A stretch of 64,000 nucleotides of DNA. It comes from the human T2T-CHM13v2.0 reference genome, Homo sapiens. A program made the position numbers and the translations under genes. The notes under the pieces are model-generated. The model had not been told where the DNA came from and made no database searches. It saw only the letters and a list, made by a program, of their open reading frames with translations. Position 1 is the first letter of the stretch. The number at the start of each line of letters is the position of its first letter. Below are positions 17,204 to 34,800 of the stretch, in pieces. The stretch lies in the NCBI RefSeq assembly GCF_009914755.1, contig NC_060938.1. One strand, written 5' to 3'.

Positions 17204-17908
17204 AAGATCATCGGAAGGTGTCGGGAGAGACTCAGCCGGAATTTCACGGACGGACAAGGGAACAGAGAGGCCAGCGGGCTCCCTTGCACCTCAGCCGGGG
17301 TGCCCAATGAGCGCAGGTCTATCCAGGAGGCCAGCAAAGTGAGGTAGATGTCTGGGTTCCGCCGGCAGGGCCTCCATGGTGGCACCTGGGAGGCTGCAGG
17401 GGCACTGTCGGGCCGGCGACGTTAGCGTGGAGGGGCAGTGGAGGCGAGTTGCCAGAGTGGTGACAGCCCTGGACGCTGCATGGGCCCGGTGTTTCATGGG
17501 ACGGGGGTCTCCACCTAGCCCAGGGGAAGACGCATTTCCTGGGGGTGGGGGGTGGGGGTGGGTTGGGGTGGTCAGGCGAGGGTGAGGTTGTGGAAAGTCA
17601 TGAGAGCTCTCCCCGGGCTGTTCCCAGAGCCCAGGTGGCTGCCTGCAAACCCGCGTGTGCGCAGTAGGCAGCACACCTGCTTGTACCAGGGCCGGCTCTG
17701 GGATCCCCGCGATGCCCAGGAAAGAATGGCAGTTCTCCGCTGTGTGGAGCCTTTCACCGGGCCTAGACCTAGAAGGCAGGAATCCCAGGCCGGTCAGCCT
17801 GGTGGAGGGGGTGTGGGGAAGACACGCCCCTCCATACCAAGCCAGGTGTTCCCCGCGAAAGAGAGGCCGCCACCCTGCCCTGACCCGACCACTTCCACAC
17901 CCCGCGTC

Positions 17909-19346
<1,438 letters not shown>

Positions 19347-20266
19347 TTCATGAATGGTGGTGAGCCTTGGGACTGCCCGCCCCACACCGGTAGGTTCCCA
19401 GGGTGTAGAGGCCTGCTGCCGGGAGGTGGTTTGGTGGGGTGGGAGGGCGTGGTGATGGTGGTGGTGGGGCCGGAGAGACGAAGAGGAAGGGGGCGAGGGG
19501 GAAGGGGTGAGGGGGGCGCGTTTCGGGGGCTGGCCCTCTGGACCGCTCCAGTAATCCCGCGGGAACTAGAAGGTGCTCTCTGAGCTCCCACCCATCTTCA
19601 GCAGGGAGAAACCGGCCTGGGACGGTGGAGGGGAGTGTGGAACTGAACCTCCGTGGGAGTCTTGAGTGTTCCAGGCCCTCTCTCCGTGAAGGAGGCAGTG
19701 CCTGTGGGGGTCGCCGTTGCCGGGACAGTCTCACACGCGCAGGCGTGTGGCTCTCGTTCATTTCCACGTAGGACACCAGAGCGAGACCCCAGAGAGAAGA
19801 TGCCTCCCCGGCGTGATGGCATGACGATGGATTCCCGTGTGCGGCAACATGGGGAGTCTGCAGTGTGGCCGGTTTGGAAACTGCCAAGGAGAGTGAAGGC
19901 ACCATGCTGGTCTTCCACCCTTCGCTGCATGTTTCTGGGTGCCCGCAGAGCTCTGGGAGTAAACAGTCAGCATGGCCAGCCTTTCAGGGGCAGGAGAGAC
20001 GTGAGTAACAGGCCGTCTGCTGACGGCAAAGCCACGCGGAAACCATAATCACGCCTCCGTCGTCCCGAGTGTGGCTCCTCCGTGATCGGGGCTGTCAGCC
20101 TTGCGCTCCGTTACAGGGCTCAGCCTGGGGATGTGCGGTATGTGAACCATGGGGATGAAAACCCGATGGCAACCCGAGTCCAGGTCTTTTGTCTCTGAGG
20201 AAACCATCCATTCCCTGGGCCACGGAATCAGGGCGAATGAGTGCCCCGCCGGCCGGCTGTGGGCCA

Positions 20267-23200
20267 AACTATTTTCTAGTCTCTGCCTACAGAGGGCATT
20301 GTGACATCACTCTGCACAGATCACCCAGGTGATGGGACATGTGTCTAGGCTCCGCCTATGGGGGCATTGTGACATATCTCTGCACTGATCACCCAGGTGA
20401 TGTAACTTTTGTGTTGGATCTGCCTATGGGGGCATTTTGACGTATTTATTCACTGATCACCCAGGTGATGGGACTCTTGTCTATGCTCTGTGTATGGGGG
20501 CTTTGTGACATATCTCTGCACTGATCACCCAGATGATATAACGCTTGACTAGGCTCTGCCTACAGGGCATAGTGACATATCACTGCATCGATCACCGAGG
20601 TGATGTAACTCTTGTCCAGGCTCTGCCTATTGGGGGGCTTGTGACATATCCCTGCACTGATCATCTAGGTGATGGGACTCTTGTCTAGGCTCTGCCTACT
20701 GGGGGCATTGTGACTTATCTCTGCACTGATCACCCAGGTGATGTAACTCTGGTCTAAGCTCTGCCTAAAGGGGTATTGTGACAGATCTCTGCACTGATCA
20801 CTCAGGTGATGAAACTATTTTCTAGGCTCTGCTTAAAGGGGCCTTGTCACATATCTCTGCACTGATCATCCAGGTGATGTAACTCTTGTTTAGGCTCTGC
20901 TTACAGGGAGTATTGTGACATATCTCTGCTTTGATCACCTAAGTGATGTAACATTTGTGTAGGCTCTGCCTACGGGGGCATTTTGACATATCTCTGCACT
21001 GTTAACCGAGGTGATGTAACTCTTGTGTTGGCTGTGCCCACGGGGGATTGAGACATATCTCTGCACTGATCCTGAGGTGATCCAACTCTTGCCTGGTCTC
21101 TGCCTACTGGGGACATTGTGACATATCTCTGCACTGGTCTCCCACGTGCTGTAACTTTAGTCTAGGCTCTGGCTACACGGCATTGTGACATATCACTGCA
21201 CTGATCACCCAGGTGATGTAACTCTTATCTAGGCTCTGCCTACAGGGGGCTTGTGACATATCTCTGCACTGATCACCAAGGTGATATAACCCTTCTCTAG
21301 GATCTGCCTAAAGGGTGCTTTGTGACATATCCCTGCAATGATCACAAAGTTGATATACCCCTTTTCAGTGCTCTGCCTACAGGGGCATAGCGATGTATCT
21401 CTGCACTGATCACCTAGGTCATGTAACTCTTGTGTAGGCTCTGCCAAGAGTGGCATTGTGACATATCTCTGCACTGATCACTTTGTGATATACATTTGCA
21501 CTGATCAAACAGGTGATGTAACCCTTGTCAAGGTTCTGCTTACAGGGGCTTTGTGACATATCTCTGCACTGATCACCCAGGTGATGGGACTCTTCTCTAT
21601 TCTCTGACTAGAGGGATAATTGTGACATATCTCTGCACTGATCACCCAGGTGATGGAAGTCTTGTCTATGCTCTGTCTATGGGGGCATTGTATCTAATTT
21701 CTGCACTGATCACCCAGGTGATGTAACTCTTGTCTAGGCTCTGTCTACCGGGATATTTGTGACATATCACTGCAGTGATCACCCAGGTGATGAAAGCCTT
21801 GTATGGGCTTTGCCTACAGAAGGCTTTGTGACATATCTATGCACTGATCTCTAAGGTGATGGAACTCTTGTCTAGGCAGTGCCTACAGGGGACATTGGTA
21901 TATATCTCTGCACTGATCACCCAGGTGATGGACTCTTTTCTTAGATCTGCCTACATGGACATTGTGACATATCTCTGCACTGATCAACCAGGTGATGTAA
22001 CTGTTGTATAAGCTCTGCCGACAGAGGAATTGTGAGAGATCTCGCCACTGATCACCCAAGTGTTGTAACTATTGTCTAGGCTTTGCCTACAGGGGGCTTT
22101 GTGACATACCTTTCCACTGATCACCCAGGTGATGTAACTCATCTAAGTTCTGCCTACAGGAGCTTTGTGACATATCTCTGCACTGATCACTTAGGTGATG
22201 TAACACTTTTATAAGCTCTGCCTTCGGGGAATTTTGACAAATCTCTGCACTGATCACCAGGGTGATGTAACCCTTGTCTACCCTCTGCCCAAAGGGGGCA
22301 TTGTGAAATATCTCTGCACTGATCACCCAGGCGATTCAACTCTTGTCTATGATCTGCCTACAGGGGGTATTGTGAAATATCTCTGCACTGATCAACTAGG
22401 TGATGTAACTCTTATCTAGGCTCTCCCTACATGTGCGTTTTCACATATCCCTGAACTGATGACAAAGGTGATGTAACTCTTGCCTAGGCTTTGCCTACAG
22501 GGGACATTGTGACATATCTCTGCACTGATCACCTAAGGGATGTAACACTTGTGTCGGCTCTGTCTACAGGGGCATTTTGACTTATATCTGCACTGTTAAC
22601 CGAGGTGATGTAACACTTGTCTAGGCTGTGCCCACAGGGGGATTGAGACATATCTCTGCACTGATCCCGAGGTGATCCAACTCCTTCTTGGTCTCTGCCT
22701 ACTGGGGACATTGTGACATATCTCTGCACTGATCACCCAGGTGATGCAACTCTTCTCTATGCTCTGCCTACATGGGATATTGTGACATATCTCTGCACTG
22801 ATCACCCAGGTGATGTAACTCTTTTCTAGTCTCTGCCTACAGAGGGCGTTGTGACGTCACTCTGCACGGATCACCCGGGTTATATAACTCTTGTCTAGGC
22901 TCTATCTAGGGGGCATTGTGACTTATCTCTGCACTGATCACCCATGAGTTGTTACTCTTGTCCAAGCTCTGCCTTGAGGGACTTTGGGGCATATCGCTGC
23001 ACTGATCACAGAGGTGATGTAAAATTTGTCTAGGCATCGCCTACAGTGGGATTTATGACATATCTCTGCACTGATCACCCAGGTGATGTAACTCTTGTCT
23101 AGGCTCTGCTCACAGGGGGTATTGTGAGATATCTCTACACTGATCACCCAGGTGATGTAACTCCTGTCTAGCCTCTGCCTACAGGGGCATTTTAACATAT

Positions 23201-26200
23201 CACTGCACTGATCACTGCGATGATGTAACCCTTGTATAGGCTTCGCCGACTGGGGGAATTGAGACATATCTCTGCACTGATCACCGATGTGATGCAACTC
23301 TTGTCTAGGCTCTGCTTACAGGGGGCATTGTGACATATCTCTACCCTAATCACGCAGGTGATGTAACTCTTTTCTAGGCTCCAACTACACGGGTTATTGT
23401 GACATATCTCCACACTGATCACCCAGGTGATGTCACTATTGTCAAGCATATGGCTACAGGGACATTTTGACATGTCACTGCACTGATCACACAGCTGATG
23501 TAACTCTTGTCTAGGCTCTGGCTACAGGGGGCTTGTGACACATCTCTGCACTGATCACCCAGGTGATGTAACCCTTTTCTAGGCTCTGCCAAAAGGGGGT
23601 ATTGTGACATAACTCCGCACTGATCACCCAGGTGATGGGACACTTTTCTAGGCTCTGCCTACAGGGGTATTGTGACATATCTCTGCAGTGATCACGCAGG
23701 TGATGTAACTCTTGTCTATATCTGCCTACTGGCAGCATTGTGGCATATTTCTGCACTGATCACCCAGGTGATGGACTCTTGTCTTGGATCTGCCTATGGG
23801 GGCATAGTGACATATCTCTGCACTGATCACTCATGTGATGTAACGCTTGTCTAATCTGTGCCTAAAGGGGAATTGAGACAGCTATGTCCACTGATCACCC
23901 AGGAGATGTAACAATTTTCTGGGATTTGTCTACAGTGAGCTTTGTGACATATCTTTGCACTGATCACCCAGGAGATGTAACTCTTTTCTAGGCTCGGCCT
24001 ACAGGGGTTTTGTAACATATTTCTTCACTGATCACCCAGGTGTTGCAACTCTTTTTTAGGCTCTGCCTACAGATGCTTTGTGACGTATTTCTGTACTAAT
24101 CACCCAGGTGTTGTAACTCTTGTCTAGTCTCCACCTACAGGGGTTATTGTGACACATCTCTGCACTGATCATCCAGGTGATGTAACTCTTCTCTAGGCTC
24201 CACCTACAGGGGGTATTGTGACGTATCTCTGCACTGATCACCCATGTGATGTAACATTTATCTAGCCTCTGCCTACAGTGGCGTTTTGAGATAGCTCTGC
24301 ACAGATCACCTAGGTTATGTAACTCTTTTCCACTCTCTGCCTACAGGGGGCATTGTGAAATATTACTGCACTGATCACCCAGGTGATGTAAGTGTGGTCT
24401 ATGCTCCGCCTAAAGGGGCATTTTGACAGTTCTCTGCACTGATCACTCAGGTGATGTAACTATTCTCTAGGCTCTGCTTAAAGGGGCCTTGTCACATATC
24501 TCTGCATTGATCACCCAGGTGATGTAACTCTTGTCTAGGCTCTGCTTACAGGGGGTATTGTGACATATCTCTGCACTGATCACCTAAGTGATATAACACT
24601 TGTGTAGGCTCTGCCTGCAGGGGCATTGTGAAATATCTCTGCACTGATTACCCAGGTGATGGGACCCTTTTCTTGGCTCTGCTTACTGGGGGCATTGTCA
24701 CACATGTCTGCACTGATCACCCAGGTAACGGATACTTGTCTTGGATTTTCCTATGGGGGCATTGTGACATATCTCTGCACTGATCACCCACGTGATGTAA
24801 CTCTGCTCTAAGCTCTGCCTAAAGTGGCATTGTGACAGATCTCTGCACTGATCACTCAGGTGATGTAACTATTGTCTAGGCTCTGCTTACAGGGGGTATT
24901 GTGACATATTTCTTCACTGATCACATAAGTGATATAACAATTGGGTAGGCTCTGCCTACAGGGGCATTTTGACATATCTCTGCACTGTAAACTGAGGTAA
25001 TGTAATTCTTGTCTAGTCTGTGCCCAAAGGGGGATTGAGACATATCTCTGCACTGATCCCGAGGTGATCCAACCCTTGCCTGGTCTCTGCCTACTGGGGA
25101 CATTGTGACATATCTCTGCACTGATCTCCCAGATGCTGTAACTTTAATCTAGGCTCTGGCTACATGGCATTGTGACACATCACTACACTGATCACCCAGG
25201 TGATATAACTCTTCTCTAGGATCTGCCTACAGGGTGCTTTGTGACATATCCCTGCAATGATCACCCAGGTGATATACCACTTGTCAAGGCTCTGCCTACT
25301 GGGAAATTCAGCTGTATGTCTGCACTGATCACCTAGGTCATGTAACACATGTCTAGGCTCTGCCAACAGTGGCATTGTGACATATCTCTGCACTGATCAT
25401 CCAAGGGATGTAACTCTAGTCTAGGATCTGCCTAAAGGTACTTTGTGACATAACTCTGCACTGATCATCCAGGTGATGGGGCTTTTGTCTAGGCTCTGCA
25501 TAAGGGGGCATTGTGGCATATTTCTGCACTGATCACCCGGGTGACGGACTGCTGTCTTGGATCTGCCTATGGGGGCATTGTGACATAACTCTGTACTGCT
25601 CACCCAGGTGATGTAACTGTTGTATAACCTCTGCCTGCAGGGGAATTGTGAGAGATCTCGCCACAGAACACCCAAGTGATGTAACTATTGTCTAGGCTTT
25701 GCCTACAGGGGCTTTGTGACATACCTTTGCACTGATCACCCAGGTGATGTAACTTATTTGAGTTCTACCTACAGGAGCTTTGTGACATATCTCTGCACTG
25801 ATCACTTAGGTGATATAACAATTTTATAAGCACTGCCGACAGGGAATTTTGACAAATCTCTGCACTGATCACCTAGGTGATGTAACTCTTGTCTACCCTC
25901 TGCCCAAAGGGGGCATTGTGAAATATCTCTGCACTGATCACCCAGGTGATTCAACCCTTGTCTAGGATCTGCCTACAGGGTGTATTGTGAAATATCTCTG
26001 CACTGATCTCCTAGGTGAAGTAACTCTTGTCTAGGCTCTCCCTATAGGTGCGTTTTCACATATCTCTGAACTGATGACAAAGGTGATGTAAATCATGCCT
26101 AGGCTTTGCCTACAGGGGACATTGTGACATATCTCTGCACTGATCACCCAGGTGATGTAACTCTTGTCTAGGCTCTGCCTACAGCGGATATTGTGACATA

Positions 26201-29050
26201 TCACTGCACTGATCACCGAGATGATGTAACTCTAGTATAGGCTTCGCCAGCAGAGGTCATTGAGACTTATCTCTGCACTGATCACCGAGGTGATCCAACT
26301 CTTGTCGGGCATGTGCTTACAGGGGGCATTGTGACATATTTCTGCCCTGATCACCCTGGTGATGTAACTCTTGTCTAGGCTCTGCCTACGGGAGACATTG
26401 TGACATATCTCTGCACTGATCACCCAGGTGATGTCACTTTTGTCAAGGATGTGGCTACAGAGACATTGTGACGTGTCACTGCACTGATCACACAGCTGAT
26501 GTAAGCATATTCTAGGCTCTGGCTACAGGGGGCTTGGGACACATTTCTGCCCTGATCACCCAGGTGATGTAACTCTTGTCTAGGCTCTGCATACTGGAGT
26601 CATTTCGACATATCTCCGCACTGATAACCCAGGTGATGTCACTTTTGTCAAGGATATGGCTACAGGGGCTTTGTGACATATCACTGCACTGATCACCCAG
26701 GTGATGTAACCCTTGCCTAGGCTCTGCCAAAAGGGGCCATTGTGACATAACTCTGCACTGATCACCCTGGTGATTGGACTCTTGTCTGGGCTCTGCCTAC
26801 AGGGGTATTGTGACATATCTCTGCAGTGATCACGCAGGTGATGTAACTCTTGTCTATATCTGCCTACTGGCGGCATTGTGACATATTTCTGCACTGATCA
26901 CCCAGGTGATGGACTCTTCTCTTGGATCTGCCTATGGGGGCATAGTGACATATCTCTTCACTGATCACTCATGTGATGTAATGCTTGTCTAAACTGCGCC
27001 TAAAGGGGAATTGTGACAGATGTCTCCACTGATCACCCAGGTGATGTAACAATTTTCTGGGATTTGTCTACAGTGAGCTTTGTGACATATCTTTGCACTG
27101 ATCACCCAGGAGATGTAACACATTTCTATGCTCGGACTACAGGGGCTTTGTGACATATTTCTGCAGTGATCACCAAGTGATGTAACTCTTGTTTATGCTC
27201 TGCCTACAGGGGCTTGTGACATATCTCTGCACTGATCACCCAGGTGAAGTAATTCTTCTCTAGGATCTGCCTACAGGTTACTTTGGGACATATCCCTGCA
27301 ATGATCACCCAGGTGATGTGCCACTTGTCAAGGCTCTGCCTACTGGGACATTGCGATGTATCTCTGCACTGATCACCTAGATCATGTAACTCTTGTCTAG
27401 GATCTGCCTGCAGTGGCATTGTGACATATCTCTGCACTGATCATCCAAGCGAAGTAACCCTTGTCTAGGATCTGCCTAAAGGGATTTTGTGAAGTAACTC
27501 TGCACTGATCATCCTTTTAACGGGGCTTTTGACTAGGCTCTGCCTAAGGGGGCATTGTGACATATTTCTTCACTGACCACCCAGGTGACGGACTCTTTCT
27601 TGGATCTGCCTATGGGGGCATTTTGACATATCTCTGCACTGATCACCCAGGTGATGTAACTGTTGTAGAAGCTCTGCCGACAGGGGAATTGTGAGAGATC
27701 TCGCCACTGATCACCCAAGTGATGTAAATATTGTCTAGGCTTTGCCTACAGGGGGCTTTGTGACATACCTTTGCACTGATCACCCAGGTGATGTAACTCA
27801 TCTAAGTTCTGTGTACAGGAGCTTTGTGACATGTCTCTGCAGTGATCACTTAGGTGATGTAACACTTTTATAAGCACTGCCTACATGGAATTTCGACAAA
27901 TCTCGGCACTGATCACCTAGGTGATGTAACTATTGTCTACCCTCTGCCCAAAGGGGGCATTGTGAAATATCTCTGCACTGATCACCCAGGTGATTCAACT
28001 CTTGTCTAGGATCTGCCTACAGGGGGTATTGTGAAATATCTCTGCACTGATCAACTGGGTGATGTAACTCTTGTCAAGGCTCTGCCTACCAGGGCGTTTT
28101 CACATATCCCTGAACTGATGACAAAGGTGATGTAACTCTTGCCTAGGCTTTGCCTACAGGGGAAATTGTGACACATCTCTGAACTGATCAACCAAGTGAT
28201 GAAACTCTTGTCTAGGCTCGACCTACAGGGGCTTTCTGACACATCTCTGCACTGATCACCCTGGGGAGGGAACTCTTGTCTACACTCTGCCTACAGGAGG
28301 CTTTATGACTTATACCTGCACTGATAACCTAGGTGATGTAACCCTTGTCTAGGCTCTACCTACACGGGAATTCTCACATATCTCTGCACTGATCACCCAG
28401 GTGATGTAACTCCTGTCTAGGTTCAGCCTACAGGAGCTTTTTGACATATCTCTGCACTGATCACCCAGGTGATGTAACACTTGTCTAAGCTCTGCCTACA
28501 GGGGCATTGTGACAGATCTCTCCAGTGCTCACCAAGGTGAAGTACCAATTTTGTGGGCTTTGCCTTCAGGGGGCTTTGTGATATACATTTCCACTGATCA
28601 AACAGGTGATGTAACCCTTGTCAAGGTTCTTATTAAAGGGGCTTTGTGACATATCTCTTCTCTGCACTGAACACCCCAGGGAGGAAACAGTTGTATACAC
28701 TCTGCCTACAGGAGGCTTTACCACTTATCCATTCACTGATCACTAGGTGACGTAACACTTGTCTTGGCTCTGACTACACGAGAATTTTCACATATCTCTA
28801 CACTGATCACCTAAGTGATGTAACCCCTGTCTAGGTTCAGCCTACTGGGGATTTCTGACATACCTTTGCACTGATCACCGAGGTGATGTAAATCGTTTCC
28901 AGGCTTTTTGTACAGTGGACATTGTGTTACATCTCTGCACTGATCACCTAAATAAGGCAAATCATCTCCAGCCTCCGCAGGGAGGGGGCATTGTGACATA
29001 TTTCTGAACTGATCATCCAGGAGATGTAACTCTTCTCCAGGCTTTGACTA
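20267..29050 (-). repeat. Beta-satellite spacer (~8.8 kb)
   Basis: Continuous 68-bp monomers in minus orientation. Confidence 0.96.
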
Positions 29051-29756
29051 AAGATCGTCGGAAGGTGTTTGGAGAACCTCAGCCAGAATTTCATGGACGG
29101 ACAAGGGCACAGAGAGGCCATCGGGCTCCCTTGCACGTCAGCCGGGGTGTGCAATGAGCGCAGGTCTAGCCAGGAGGCCGACAAAGAGAGCTAGAGGTCT
29201 GCGTTCCACCGCCAGGCGCTCCATGGTGGCAGCTGGGATGCTGCAGGGGCACGGGTGGGTCGGCGATGGTGTCGCCGAGGCGCAGAGGAGGCGAGCTGCT
29301 GGAGGGGTGTCAGGCCTGGACGCTGCTTGGGCCCGATATTTCGCGGGACGGGGGTCTCTACCCAGCCCAGGGGAGGACGCATTTTCCGGGTTTTGTGTGT
29401 GCGGGTGGGGAAGGGGTGGTCAGGCGGGGGTGGGTTGGTGGAAAATCATGAGAGCTCTGCCCGGGCTGCTCCCACAGCCCAGGCGGCTGGCCGCAACTCC
29501 CAGCGTGCGCAGTAGGCAGCCCACCTGCTGGTACCGGGGCCGGCTCTGGGATCCCCGGGATGCCCAGGATAGAATGGCAGTTCTCCACTCTGTGGAGTCT
29601 CTCACAGGGCCTAGACCTAGAAGGCAGGAATCCCAGGCCGGTCAGCACGGTGGAGGGGGCGGGGTGAAGACACTCCCTTCCTTAGCCAGCCAGGTGTTCC
29701 CCGCGAAAGAGAGGCCACCTCCCTGCCCCGACCCGACCACGTCCCAACCCCTCGCC

Positions 29757-31445
<1,689 letters not shown>

Positions 31446-31822
31446 TCAGCAGGGAGAAATTGCCCTGGGAGTGTGGAGGGGAGTGTGGAAGTGAATATCC
31501 GTGGGAGTCTGGAGTGTTCCAGGCCCTCTCTCCGTGAAGGAGGCAGTGCATGTGGCTGTCGCCGTTGCTGGGACAGTCTCACGCACGCAAGCGTGTGGTT
31601 CTCGTTCATTTCCAAGTAGGAGACCAGAGTGAGACCCCAGAGAGAAGATGCCTCCCCGGCGGGATGGCCTGATGATGGATTCCCGTTTGCGGCAACATGG
31701 GGAGTCTGCAGTGTGGCCGGTTTGGAAACTGCCAAGGAGAGCGAAGGCACCATGCTGGTCTTCCACCCTTCCCTGCATGTTTCTGGCTGCCCACAGAGAT
31801 CCGGGAGCAAACAGTCAGCATG

Positions 31823-34800
31823 ACACATCTCTGAACTGATCAACAAAGTGATGTAACTCTTGTCTAGGCTCTGCCTACAGGGGCATTGTGACATATCTCT
31901 GCACTGGTCACCCAGGTGATGGGACTTTTGTCTAGGCTCTGCCTATGGGGGCATTGTGACATATCTCTACACTGATCACCCCAGTGATGTAACTCTTTTG
32001 CTGGATCTGCCTATGGGGGCATTGTGACATATTTCTGCACTGATCTCCCAGGTGACGGGACTCTTGTCTATGCTCTGTGTATGGGGGCTTTGTGACATAT
32101 CTCTGCACTGATCACCCAGGAGATGAGACTCTTGTCTGAGCTCTGCCTAGAGGAACCCTGGGACATATCTCTGCACTGATCGCTGAGGTGATGTAAAAGT
32201 TCTCTAGGTTTTGCCCACAGTGGGATTTATCACATATCTCTTCACTGATCACCCAGGTGATGTAACTCTTGTCTAGGCTGTGCTTACAGGGGGTATTGTG
32301 AGATATCTCTGCACTGATCACCCAGGTGAAGCAATTCTTGTCTAGGCTCTGCTACAGGGGCATTTTAACATATCACTGCACTGATCTACGAGATGATGTA
32401 ACTCTTGTATTGGCTTCGCCGACAGTGGGCATTGAGATATATCTCTGCACTAATCACCCAGGAGATGTAACTCTTGTCTAGGCTCTGCCTACAGGGGCTT
32501 TGTGACATATTTCTGCACTGATCACCCAGGTGATGTAACTCTGGTTTAGGCTGAGCCTACAGGGGCTTTGTGACATATGTCTTTACTGATCACCCAGGTA
32601 ATGTAACTCTTGTCTAGGCTCCACCTAAAGGGGATATTGTGACTTATCTCTGCACTGATCACCCAGGTGATGTAACATTTATCTAGGCTCTTCCTACAGT
32701 GGAGTTTTGACATAGCCCTGCACAGATCACCTAGGTTATGTAACTCTTGTCAACTCTCTGCCAACAGGGGGCATTGTGAAATATGTCTGCCCTGATCACC
32801 CAGGTGATGTGACTCTTCTCTATACTCTGCCTAGTGGGGGATTTGTGACATATCTCTGCACTGATTTCGCAGGTGATGGAAGTCTTGTTTAGGCTGTGTC
32901 TATGGGGGCATTTTGTCAAATATCTGCACTGATCACCCAGGTGATGTAACTCTTGTCTAGGCTCTGTCTATAGGGATTTGTGTGAGATTCCACTGCACTG
33001 ATCACCTAGGTGATGTAAGCCTTGTATGGGCTTTTCCTACAGAAGGCTTTGTGACATATCTATGCACTGATCTCTGAGGTGATGCAACTCTTGTCTAGGC
33101 ACTGCATATAGGGGACATTGGTAAATATCTCTGTACTGATCACTCAGGTGATGGACTCTTGTCTTAGATTTGTATTCCTGGACATTGTGACACATCTCTG
33201 AACTGATCAACCAAGTGATGAAACTCTTGTCTAGGCTCTCCCTACATGGTCTTTGTGACACATCTCTGCACTGATCACCCTGGGGAGGGAACTCTTGTCT
33301 ATTGTCTGCCTACAGGAGGCTTTATGACTTATACCTGCACTGATAACCTAGGTGACGTAACACTTGTCTAGGCTCTGCCTACACGGGAATTCACCCATAT
33401 CTCTGCACTGATCACCCAGGTGATGTAACTTCTGTCTAGGTTCAGCCTACAGGAGCGTTTTGACATATGTCTGCAGGCTGTGCCCACAGGGGATTGAGAC
33501 ATGTCTCTGCACTGATCCCGAGGTGATCTAACTCTTGCCTGGTCTCTGCCTACTGGGGACATTGTGACATATCTCTGCACTGATCTCTCAGGTGCTGTAA
33601 CTTTAGTCTAGGCTCTGGCTACACGGCATTGTGACATATCACTACAATGATCACCCAGGTGATATAACTCTTGTCTATGGTCTGCTTACAGGTGGCTTGT
33701 GACATATCTCTGTACTGATAACCCAGGTGATGTAACTGTTGTATAAGCTCTGCCTACAGGGGAATTGTGAGAGATCTCGCCACTGATCACCCAAGTGATG
33801 TAACTATCGTCTAGGCTTTGCCTACAGGGGTCTTTGTGACATACCTTTGCACTGATAACCCAGGTGATGTAACTCATCTAAGTTCTGCCTACAGGAGCTT
33901 TGTGATATATCTCTGCACGGATCACTTAGTTGATGTAACACTTTTATAAGCACTGCCTAAAGGGAAAGTTGACAAATCTCTGCACTGATCACCTAGGTGA
34001 TGTAACTCTTGTCTACCCTATGCCCAAAGGGGGCATTGTGAAATATATCTGCACTGATCACCCAGGTGATTCAACTCTTGTCTTGGATCTGCCTACAGGT
34101 GGTATTGAGAAATATCTCCACACTGATTAACTAGGTGATTTAACACTTGTCTAGGCTTTGCCTACAGGGGCGTTTTCAAATATCCCTGAACTAATGACAA
34201 AGGTGATGTAACTCTTGCCTAGGCTTTGCCTACAGGGGACATTGTGACATATCTCTGCAGTGATCACCGAGGTGATGCAAATCTTCTCTATGTTCTGCCT
34301 AAAGGGGATATTGTGACATATATCTACACTGATGACCCAGGTGATGCAACTCTTCTGTATGCTCTGCCTACAGGGGACGTTGTGACATATTCCTGAACTG
34401 ATCACCCAGGTGATGCAACTCTTCTCTATGCTCTGCCTTCAGGGGGCATTGTGACATATGTCTGCACTGATCACCCAGGTGATGTAACTCTTTTCTAGTC
34501 TCTGCCTACAGAGGGCGTTGTGACATCACTCTGCACGGATCACCCCGGTTATGTAACTCTTGTCTAGGCTCTGCCTACAGGGGCATTGTGACTTATCTCT
34601 GCACTGATCACCCAGGAGATGTGACTCTTGTCTAAACTCTGCCTAGAGGGACTTTGGGACATATCTCTGCACTGATCGCTGAGGTGATGTAAAACTTGTC
34701 TAGGCTTTGCCTACAGTGGGATTTATGACATATCTCTGCACTGATCAGCCAAGTGATGTAACTCTTCTCTAGGCTCTGCTTACAGGGGGTATTGTGAGAT

